Origin: Melioribacteraceae bacterium
GTDB lineage: Bacteria; Bacteroidota; Ignavibacteria; Ignavibacteriales; Melioribacteraceae
NCBI GenBank assembly: GCA_015493615.1
Contig: WGCV01000010.1
Span: 28,836-92,835, forward strand
Length of the DNA stretch: 64,000 nucleotides
Direction: 5' to 3'
A program made the translations under genes and the position numbers. A model generated the notes under the pieces. The model was not told the DNA's origin. It ran no database searches and worked only from the letters and a program-made list of their open reading frames with translations. The first letter of the stretch is position 1. Each line of letters starts with the position of its first letter. This document shows, in pieces, positions 9,421 to 16,795 of the stretch.

Positions 9421-9866
9421 TTTATATTATCGACTATGATAAGGAAGGAGCTGAAAACGCGGCTCGGATGATTGCGGAATTTTCAGACGATGTGAAAATC
9501 GGGAAGAACGAAATGGAAATCGTCGGCTCCGATAAAATAATTTTACCGGATACATCTTCTCCTAAGAAAGCTTTGAAGAAACTGCATCTTCTGAATTTGT
9601 TCAGCGCGCTTCGGATTTACAGCAAACCTATGCTTGGTATAGGCGCCGGATTTGCTTTAATGTGTTACAGATTTAATGAACAGAACGCACTCGGATTTTT
9701 TAATTGCAAAGCGGAAGGTAATAACTCTGAATATGAAGTTTTTGATTTGGCGAACAATAAAAAAATTATCGTTCCAAAAATAATTTCCAACAGCTACTGG
9801 GGAATCCCGGATTTGTCCGACAAAGAATCGGTAAAACGAATAATTAAAGAATTTGTCGAACTATAA
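9417..9866 (+). CDS. Truncated HisH-like class-I glutamine amidotransferase homologue lacking the catalytic Cys (probable pseudoenzyme)
   Basis: MIYIIDYD...DKIILPDTSS...KPMLGIGAGFALMC aligns with HisH (IIDYG.GN...LILPGVG...P.LGICLGMQLL), with Cys replaced by Gly. It has 149 aa versus ~200, so the His/Glu end of the triad is missing. Its start overlaps the upstream stop (ATGA). Confidence 0.45.
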   Translation: MIYIIDYDKEGAENAARMIAEFSDDVKIGKNEMEIVGSDKIILPDTSSPKKALKKLHLLNLFSALRIYSKPMLGIGAGFALMCYRFNEQNALGFFNCKAEGNNSEYEVFDLANNKKIIVPKIISNSYWGIPDLSDKESVKRIIKEFVEL

Positions 9867-9887
9867 GTTTAACCGATTCCGAAGGTT

Positions 9888-10340
9888 CTATTCAACCTCT
9901 TCAAGTGTAATGGTAGGAGGAAGCCAAGTAATTACTTTCCCTTTATAGAAAATCACATCGCCGAAATGTTCTTTTGTATAGCTGTAGCGCCAAATTACGC
10001 TGATTCCTTTTTTAATAAATTTCGGCTTACCCAATATCGAAAGGACTTGGTTTTTGCTCATCCCGACTTTCAGAATATACCATTTGGCATACTTGCCTGT
10101 TCTGACAGTTGAGGTTGAGTCCTCAACCGTGGTCGTTTCAATATTATCCTGAATCCTGTTGGGAACGCCGACGTCGATTACTTTTGAAGAAGTCAGATCG
10201 TCGCTTTCGGATTTGTTCTGGACAACTTTTATTATTTTTGCCGGAGGAGCTTGATTATACATTGTGAGAATAACGGCAAATTCAATAACCGCAATTAAAA
10301 AAAATACCGAGGTTAAAATAACCCACCCTTTTTTAGACAT
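9888..10340 (-). CDS. Membrane-anchored protein with a BamE/SmpA_OmlA-like C-terminal domain
   Basis: N-terminal TM helix (WVILTSVFFLIAVIEFAVILTM). The C-terminal GMSKNQVLSILGKPKF...YKGKVITW resembles the SmpA/OmlA fold. Confidence 0.35.
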   Translation of the reverse strand: MSKKGWVILTSVFFLIAVIEFAVILTMYNQAPPAKIIKVVQNKSESDDLTSSKVIDVGVPNRIQDNIETTTVEDSTSTVRTGKYAKWYILKVGMSKNQVLSILGKPKFIKKGISVIWRYSYTKEHFGDVIFYKGKVITWLPPTITLEEVE

Positions 10341-10561
10341 ATTTCCTCATCTTTTTTTTAAATTTACGACATTATATCGAAATAATAAAAAATAATTTTT
10401 CCCCGGATTACGGAAAATAAATCTTGGCGAAATGTTTTGCTGACGCCTTAGAGGTAAAATCTTTATTCAAATTTTTCCTCTGTTATCTGTAATATGTATA
10501 TTTACTATCGGATTTATTAGAGAAAAAATTAGTTAAAAATAAAACAGAACGGGTAATTGCA

Positions 10562-11407
10562 GTGAATTATTTACGAAATTCGGTAAACGGTAATGCATAT
10601 AAAATTGTGATTATTATTATTCTTTTTTTTTCAGCCGTAAATTACGGACAAGTAAAAACAGATGTTGAAAATCCCGGAAATGTTTTTCTCTCTGATTTTT
10701 ATTCCGCAGTTGATGACGGCATTACAGTTGCAAAAAGTCCATTGGAGTTTACTCAATCGGATTGGGTGACTGTCGGAATTATTACTGCCGGCACGGCGGC
10801 GCTTTTTACAGTCGATAAAAGCGTACGTTCATTTGCGCTTTCAAATCAGAGCGGCTTTAATAATGTGTTGTTCGGAATTGACCGTTTTTACGGAAGCGGT
10901 TATACTCCGCTATTGACTGCCGGAATTTACGGCGCAGGGTTGTTCACGGGAAATGAACAAATCAGAAAGTTGGGACTTTACTCTTCGGAAGCGTTAATTT
11001 TCTCGGGGATAATTACAACGGCGCTGAAAGTTGTAATCGGGCGGAGAAGACCTTACGCAGGGAATTCAAACTTATTTTTTAAACCGCCGCAATTTTTTGA
11101 TAATGATTATCAATCGCTGCCGAGCGGACATACAACAGTTGCATTTGCAGTTTCGACCGTGATGGCAAAAAGCATAGATAACATCTACTGGAAAGTTCTT
11201 TGGTACGGCGCAGCCGGAGCAACGGCTCTTTCGAGGATTTACCACAACCAGCATTGGGTGTCGGATGTATTTCTCGGAGCTGCGATAGGTTATTATGTGG
11301 GGAAATTTGTAGTTGAGATTAACAAAACCGGAAGTATAGATAATGCGTCGATTCGTATTCTTCCTTCAGTTTCATTTAACGGAGTTGGAGTTTCTGTTTG
11401 GTTTTAG
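10562..11407 (+). CDS. PAP2-family membrane phosphatase
   Basis: All three PAP2 motifs are present: KVVIGRRRPY, PSGHT, SRIYHNQHWVSDV. GTG start as in the ORF track. Confidence 0.8.
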   Translation: MNYLRNSVNGNAYKIVIIIILFFSAVNYGQVKTDVENPGNVFLSDFYSAVDDGITVAKSPLEFTQSDWVTVGIITAGTAALFTVDKSVRSFALSNQSGFNNVLFGIDRFYGSGYTPLLTAGIYGAGLFTGNEQIRKLGLYSSEALIFSGIITTALKVVIGRRRPYAGNSNLFFKPPQFFDNDYQSLPSGHTTVAFAVSTVMAKSIDNIYWKVLWYGAAGATALSRIYHNQHWVSDVFLGAAIGYYVGKFVVEINKTGSIDNASIRILPSVSFNGVGVSVWF

Positions 11408-11513
11408 TTTTTTTTATCATCAATAAGTGATTGATTCTTTGCAAAAATTTTTCGTCATCTCTCAGCCAAGGAATATAATCTTCCCTTCGGCTTTTCGAAA
11501 TAGTAATTCTCAT
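11376..11513 (-). pseudogene. Remnant of a YoeB/Txe-family toxin gene (about the first 33 codons only)
   Basis: Below the ORF-track size cut-off. Its ATG overlaps the yefM stop (TAATG). MRITISKSRREDYIPWLRDDEKFLQRINHLL aligns position-for-position with the E. coli YoeB N-terminus (MKLIWSEESWDDYLYWQETDKRIVKKINELI). The reading frame then runs into the 3' end of the convergent PAP2 gene and stops after 45 codons. Confidence 0.6.
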
Positions 11514-11767
11514 TAGTCGTCAATCAAGTCGTGTTTTACAATCTCACCCTTTCTCATTTGCTGAATTGACTCGTAAAGTCTGTCGGCATTAGCTTTTGAA
11601 TTAAACAAATAAAGAGTTTCTAAAATCAGATTGTACTCGTTCAATGAGATCAAGACAACTCCTTTTTCGGGTTCTCTTTTTATCACTAATTTCTCATAGT
11701 CGTTTTCAACTCTATCGAGAAATTTTGTTAACTCGTTTTTAAAATCTGCAAAATTAACAGTGAGCAT
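11513..11767 (-). CDS. yefM: Phd/YefM-family antitoxin
   Basis: 84 aa. FADFKNELTKFLDRVENDYEKLVIKR...GVVLISLNEYNLILETLYL is the YefM/Phd fold pattern. Positioned directly upstream of the YoeB remnant. Confidence 0.8.
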   Translation of the reverse strand: MLTVNFADFKNELTKFLDRVENDYEKLVIKREPEKGVVLISLNEYNLILETLYLFNSKANADRLYESIQQMRKGEIVKHDLIDD

Positions 11768-11813
11768 CTTTTTGTCCTGCTTTTTTTTACTAAAAAATTT
11801 GCTTCTATTTTTC

Positions 11814-11848
11814 TAATCACTAATGACTGATGACTAATGACTAATGAC
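11814..11848. repeat. Tandem heptamer array (taatcac taatgac tgatgac taatgac taatgac)
   Basis: Five consecutive 7-nt units read directly from the sequence. The array lies 5 nt beyond the stop of the 11854 gene, in the yefM upstream region. Confidence 0.85.
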
Positions 11849-11853
11849 CAAAT

Positions 11854-13683
11854 TTATCCGGCTTCCAAATTGTGTTTAAAGGAACTTAAATTTCCGACTA
11901 TTTCATTAAAGTACTTCTGCATATCGGATAGATCATTCAGCGCGCTTTCGTAGGAGTTTTTTAACGCTTCCTTTTGTTCGTCGAACATTTTTTTATAGTA
12001 CTCAATTCCGCTTGTTAAATTATCGGTAAACGTATCAAAGTACTTTATTTGTTTCTCGGTAAAAGAAGGCGCGGCATCGTCAATTTTCTTTTTCAAAAAA
12101 TCAAGGTAAAGCTTCAATTCTTTAATGAACATATTGGGACGGTTTGTTGTGTTGAGTATGTTAGCGCGGTCGTAAATATGATCAACCATTTGTTTAAGAG
12201 AAAACTTGCCCGAATAATACGCCATATTTGGGCCCGGACAAACCGAAACCGCTTCTCCTTCCATTTTGTAGTCGAGATTGTTAACTACAAGCGCCGAGCT
12301 GGAAAGTCCGTTGCAGAGGCATTCTTTCGCAATCACTTTCTCATATTCTCTATCGAACTCTTCCTTCGGGAGATTTTCGTTTTTTAGCTGCTCCAATTTT
12401 AGATTAATATATTGAGAAGACGCGGTGCAAATCGGAATGTCGGTAAACTCAGTGTTGAATGTCAAATATTTTTTTGGACAAGGACTGCCCGGTTTTCCTT
12501 CTTCGGCTAATTCAATACGTTCGATGTCTTTTGAACTGCCGCGCACATTGTTAAAGGGAACGCCGAGGGGAGAAGCATCGGAAAGATATAAATCATCCTC
12601 GGTTGCGTCGCTTAAAAGCTGCATTGTTTCTTCGTCAATAGTTGTCGCTTCGGGAACAAGGAGAAAAGGCGTACCCCAACCGACGGAATCAATATTGTAA
12701 TTATTCAGAAGAAACTTGTGTTCCTCGCCGGTGCCGACTCCGCCTTGCGCTGTAATCTTTAATTCCGGAATTTCTTCGGGAACGGGTCTTCCTTTCCTTT
12801 CAAGCGCCGTTTTAAAAATCTCATAAGTCGTTTTGTGAAGGGTAACTCTATCTTTCTTAAATTCCTCAAGAATCGGTCCAAGCAAAAATCCATCGGACGC
12901 AAACGCATGTCCGCCGCAGTTTAAGCCGGATTCTATTCTGTATTCGGAAACCCAAAGTCCCTTTTTTGCAAAAAATTTACCTTGTATAATTGCCGAACGG
13001 TAATCGCTGACTTTAATAATAATTTTTTTCTTTATCTTACCTTCTGCGTCCGGGTAAAAATCGGAGAAGTTTTCCATATAGGTGAATAATCTCGGGTTCA
13101 TTCCGGCGGATAAAATTAAGGAAGATTCAAGCTCGCTTTTTGCGTATCCTCTTATTGCGGCGTGAGCGTCGTTCTGTTCGATCGGAAGCTGCTTTTTCCC
13201 TTTGTAGTTTGGGCCGTCAACTTTTGTCATTATGTTAACGTCAATACTTCCAATCGATAAATTTTCATAAAGCCAATTTTTGATTTCTTTAATGTTGTCG
13301 GAATTATTCTTAACGATTCTATCCCATTGTTTGGTAAGCTCGGATGCCGTGGGTAGAAGCTCAAAATATTTTCCTATTTCGTTGTAACCGTCGGCAACGG
13401 AAGCGATAAGCGCGTCATATTTTTCGTGAACTATTTCGTTAACTAGGTTAAGATAAGCTGTAATCCGCTTGGCTCTGAAATCTTCGGTTTTGGTGGTAAT
13501 TGCTTCGTAAGGCTTATTGAATTTATCCGCGTAAAACTTCCTCATTTTCTCAACAAGATTATGCTCGAAGATTGACATTACCGAAGAAATTCCAAGATGC
13601 GCAACTTTTATCGGAGAATCGATTGTATAACTTAATCCCATGACAGGAATATGAAATGTATGCGGTGATTTTGAGTTTGCCAT
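11854..13683 (-). CDS. Conserved hypothetical cytoplasmic protein, 609 aa (possibly an FMN-dependent TIM-barrel-like core)
   Basis: Long clean ORF. The motifs ESGLNCGGHAF and ITAQGGVGTGEEH resemble nitronate-monooxygenase/IMPDH-type barrels. I cannot assign a family. Confidence 0.3.
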   Translation of the reverse strand: MANSKSPHTFHIPVMGLSYTIDSPIKVAHLGISSVMSIFEHNLVEKMRKFYADKFNKPYEAITTKTEDFRAKRITAYLNLVNEIVHEKYDALIASVADGYNEIGKYFELLPTASELTKQWDRIVKNNSDNIKEIKNWLYENLSIGSIDVNIMTKVDGPNYKGKKQLPIEQNDAHAAIRGYAKSELESSLILSAGMNPRLFTYMENFSDFYPDAEGKIKKKIIIKVSDYRSAIIQGKFFAKKGLWVSEYRIESGLNCGGHAFASDGFLLGPILEEFKKDRVTLHKTTYEIFKTALERKGRPVPEEIPELKITAQGGVGTGEEHKFLLNNYNIDSVGWGTPFLLVPEATTIDEETMQLLSDATEDDLYLSDASPLGVPFNNVRGSSKDIERIELAEEGKPGSPCPKKYLTFNTEFTDIPICTASSQYINLKLEQLKNENLPKEEFDREYEKVIAKECLCNGLSSSALVVNNLDYKMEGEAVSVCPGPNMAYYSGKFSLKQMVDHIYDRANILNTTNRPNMFIKELKLYLDFLKKKIDDAAPSFTEKQIKYFDTFTDNLTSGIEYYKKMFDEQKEALKNSYESALNDLSDMQKYFNEIVGNLSSFKHNLEAG

Positions 13684-14167
13684 AGTTTCCTTAGTGAATT
13701 TTATTTATAAAGAATATAAATCTAATAAATATTCAATAATTCCGAAAAGAAAACATAAAGTATTTTTTCTTCAGAAGAACAAAAAAAATTCTAACTTCTG
13801 ACCTCTTTTTTTGTTATCTCAAATCTGCTACATTTTAGTTTACTTTCCTTCAAGGCGCTTGTTCCTTGAAGGCATACGAAAGGAGAATTGGAGACAATAG
13901 TCCGGTAGATTTTGTTCCGTTGACTATTTGGGCTTTTTCAACACCCCGACTTTCGTCTCCGCACCCTCCGGCGAAACCCACCCTTCGCCTTGGCGAATCA
14001 AGAGGGGAATTTTGTTTGCCACGGCGAATTATCCTATCTCAGTTCCTCGTTATGGGATTGTCGAAATAAAGTAATTTTAAGATGTGTCAAATCCACGACA
14101 GTTTAAACTCCGGCTTCGTGTTAGATTTGTATCAGAACTTAAAACTAAAATAAAAACGGAGTACAAA

Positions 14168-14623
14168 ATGAAAACAAGAATTTCTGTAACATCAGCATTA
14201 ATAGCCGGATTTATCGGTACGATTGCAATGACGGCTTTTACCTATATGGCGCCGCTAATGGGATTCAAGATGGACATTCCCGCAATGCTTGCTCACACAA
14301 TGCACGCGCCTATTATCGTAGGATGGTTAGCTCACTTTATGGTCGGCGAAACTCTCGCAATCGGATATGTGTTATATATTAACATACTTAATCAAGATGC
14401 GAATGCAAAAACCGGCGCATTGTATGGCGTTCTGCCCTGGTTATTGGCACAGCTTGTTGTAATGCCTATGATGATGGTTATGAACGGTATGTCCTATTCC
14501 GCCGGATTATTTTCCGGTTCGTTAATGGTTGCAATGGCTAGTTTGGTCGGACATTTAATTTACGGCGCGTTTGTCGGCGTTATCTATAAACCTGAACTGC
14601 AGACCGCAGAAGCTGTTTCTTAA
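14168..14623 (+). CDS. Small integral membrane protein (about 4 TM helices)
   Basis: Started at the internal Met (MKTRISVTSALIAGFIGTIAMTAF), which is preceded by a ggag. The rest is four hydrophobic segments. The longer track ORF (14084) adds a basic, non-protein-like leader. Confidence 0.55.
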   Translation: MKTRISVTSALIAGFIGTIAMTAFTYMAPLMGFKMDIPAMLAHTMHAPIIVGWLAHFMVGETLAIGYVLYINILNQDANAKTGALYGVLPWLLAQLVVMPMMMVMNGMSYSAGLFSGSLMVAMASLVGHLIYGAFVGVIYKPELQTAEAVS

Positions 14624-14648
14624 ATCTAAAATATCGGAGAATATAAAA

Positions 14649-15203
14649 ATGAACGGATTATATAGAATGAAAAAAGAAAAAGCTTCGCCAAGACTAAATA
14701 TGATATTCAATAATATCGAATCGTCTTACGGAAAAGTGCCTAACCTCTATTCGATAATGGGAAACTCTGAAAATGCTTTGGATTCATATCTTAAGTTTTC
14801 GGGAGCGCAAAACAACAATTCATTCTCTCCCGAAGAAAGGGAAATAATTTATCTGGTAACATCGGAAACAAACGGCTGTATCTATTGCGTTTCCGCTCAT
14901 ACGTTAAAAGCTAAAACGCTCGGATTAAGAGAGGATGAAATAATTGAAATTCGGGAAGGAAGCCATCCCGACCCTAAAATTGACGCGCTGATTAAAGTTA
15001 CTAAGGAGATAATCATTCAAAGAGGGAATGTTGAACAAGAGACAGCAGATGACTTTTATGCTGCCGGATTTAATCAAATAAACATGATTGATTTGTTAGG
15101 TTTGATTACTGAAATGACATTCTCAAATTATTTGGGACGCTTGGCAAAACCGAGCGTGGATTTTGAAAAAGCTCCTATTTTATCGGGCGAAGTTATCATA
15201 TAG
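14649..15203 (+). CDS. Carboxymuconolactone decarboxylase / AhpD-like family protein
   Basis: ETNGCIYCVSAHT is the CxxC-containing CMD/AhpD motif. The start at 14649 (MNGLYRM) follows ggag. The longer track ORF overlaps the preceding gene. Confidence 0.7.
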   Translation: MNGLYRMKKEKASPRLNMIFNNIESSYGKVPNLYSIMGNSENALDSYLKFSGAQNNNSFSPEEREIIYLVTSETNGCIYCVSAHTLKAKTLGLREDEIIEIREGSHPDPKIDALIKVTKEIIIQRGNVEQETADDFYAAGFNQINMIDLLGLITEMTFSNYLGRLAKPSVDFEKAPILSGEVII

Positions 15204-15229
15204 CATCCCCCTACCATAGCCCCCAACAT

Positions 15230-15261
15230 AGTGCGATTGCAATTTTGCTTTCGCACTTTTC
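15230..15261 (+). terminator. Possible terminator between convergent genes
   Basis: agtgcga ... tcgcact stem followed by tttt. The loop is long, so this is a weak call. Confidence 0.3.
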
Positions 15262-15950
15262 TATTCGACAATCTCTTTCAATTTTTTCTTATCGTTAATT
15301 ATTAGTTTATTTCTGTCGAAATCAATTAAACCTCTCTTTCTCAAACTTGTTAGTATCGTGTTCACAGTCTGGCGCGAACAAGCCGTAAGTTCACCGATAG
15401 TCTGATGTTTTAGGAAAGGTTTAACAAAAATTTGTTCGCCGACGGTTTTCCCGTTTTTCTCTGCATAGCGCAAAACAAAAGATGTAACGCGTTGATCGGC
15501 GTCCTTAAAAATTAAATCCTCAATCCGCTCCGAAAATTTTTTCAGCTTAAGTCCGATTACTTTTGTCATCTTCAAATTCAGCGCCGGATTTTTCTCGATA
15601 AACGCCGCCAAATCATTTTTATTGATTGCGCAGATGCGCGCCGGGTCAACGGTAACTGCGTAATCATGCCTTTCTTTTTCGTCGAGGAAAGCCATTTCGC
15701 CGAAGACTTCTCCGGGGTTAATTATTGCAATAATCTTCTCGCTTCCGTCCGGAAGGTACTTGGTTATTTTAACACGTCCTTTTTTTAGAAAATATATTGT
15801 TTGCGAAGGGTCGCTTTCAAAATAAACAGGCTCGTTGGTTTGCGTTTCGGTATCGATAATCAATTTATCCAACTCCATCATACTTTTGGAATCGAGGTTT
15901 TCAAAGAGATTAAAGTTTTCCAAATACCACAGTTTCGATTTATCAGCCAT
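15261..15950 (-). CDS. Crp/Fnr-family transcriptional regulator
   Basis: cNMP-binding beta-roll (FLKKGRVKITK...GEVFGEMAFLD) plus a C-terminal HTH (QTIGELTACSRQTVNTILTSLRKRGLI). Confidence 0.85.
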   Translation of the reverse strand: MADKSKLWYLENFNLFENLDSKSMMELDKLIIDTETQTNEPVYFESDPSQTIYFLKKGRVKITKYLPDGSEKIIAIINPGEVFGEMAFLDEKERHDYAVTVDPARICAINKNDLAAFIEKNPALNLKMTKVIGLKLKKFSERIEDLIFKDADQRVTSFVLRYAEKNGKTVGEQIFVKPFLKHQTIGELTACSRQTVNTILTSLRKRGLIDFDRNKLIINDKKKLKEIVE

Positions 15951-16001
15951 TTTTTACCCGAATTGTTCTTTCCGATACTTTAATGTATTTATTAATATTG
16001 A

Positions 16002-16045
16002 TTACTCCAAATTATTTCTTTTCAGCGCGTTAAAACTTGATGTTC
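16002..16045 (-). pseudogene. Displaced relic of the 3' end of the sigma-54 response-regulator gene
   Basis: 16002-16022 (ttactccaaattatttctttt) is identical to 16796-16816. The relic translates on the minus strand to SSFNALKRNNLE*, versus SSLYKMLKRNNLE* for the intact gene. Confidence 0.7.
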
Positions 16046-16109
16046 AATTTTTTTTGCGAATCATTATCCGTAAGCGTTGAAAAGATTCCTAATTCTTGAA
16101 CGTCTTTGA

Positions 16110-16391
16110 CTAAAGTTTTTGTTTGGAATGATGAATTGTTAAAATTATTATTTCTTTATTTTTCTCGTTAATTTTATAAACAATTCTGTATTTCCCTTTA
16201 ATAATTTCACGAATGCTCTCATCGGAAAATTCCGGTACAACTCGGCCAAGTTGAGGTAAATTTTCCAATTTATTTATGTAACTTTTTACAGAAACCACCC
16301 ATTTTTTGGCTGCCGGAATATTGTCCTCTGAAATAAATCCTACAATGTCAACCAAGTCAGATTTTGCCTGAGAAGAAAAGAGTATCTTCAT
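16110..16391 (-). CDS. parE: ParE/RelE-superfamily toxin
   Basis: 93 aa. MKILFSSQAKSDLVDIVGFISEDN...YRIVYKINEKNKEIIILTIHHSKQ fits the ParE_toxin pattern. 2-nt gap to the upstream antitoxin. Confidence 0.8.
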   Translation of the reverse strand: MKILFSSQAKSDLVDIVGFISEDNIPAAKKWVVSVKSYINKLENLPQLGRVVPEFSDESIREIIKGKYRIVYKINEKNKEIIILTIHHSKQKL

Positions 16392-16393
16392 CC

Positions 16394-16678
16394 TTATTCT
16401 GCTTTAGTAATTATTTTACTAATCTCGTTAAAGACTTCAGATTTGGAATGGACTTTATCTTTTTTGTAATCGTCAAGACCGCGTACTATTTTTTTCATAA
16501 AATCAATTTGGTCTTGCATTTGTTGAAATTCATCTACATTTAAGATTACTGCCGCGCTCTTCCCGTGCTGAGTTATTACCATTGGTTTCTTGGATGAGTT
16601 TAGCTCTTGTATATATTTTTTTATGTTGTTTCTAAATTCGGATAATGGTTTAATGTTTCTAATATCCAAGGTTTCCAT
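16394..16678 (-). CDS. Phd/YefM-type antitoxin partner of ParE
   Basis: 94 aa. LSEFRNNIKKYIQELNSSKKPMVITQHGKSAAVILNVDEFQQMQ is a Phd/YefM N-terminal domain. Confidence 0.8.
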   Translation of the reverse strand: METLDIRNIKPLSEFRNNIKKYIQELNSSKKPMVITQHGKSAAVILNVDEFQQMQDQIDFMKKIVRGLDDYKKDKVHSKSEVFNEISKIITKAE

Positions 16679-16795
16679 TTTTGCTCCGTTTGAGATTATA
16701 TGTCATTTAAATGTACAATAAAGCGTCAGAACTTGCAACTTATAAAAGAATTTAATCTATGGGTTGAAAAATAAATTTTATTGTTAAAAAGAATT

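Noticed and set aside
13866-14069. A 67-aa TTG-start ORF in the long gap upstream of 14168.
   Set aside because: Its Pro/Arg/Leu-rich translation derives from GC-rich repeat and hairpin DNA. It has a non-ATG start and no ribosome-binding context. I treated it as part of a structured leader instead.
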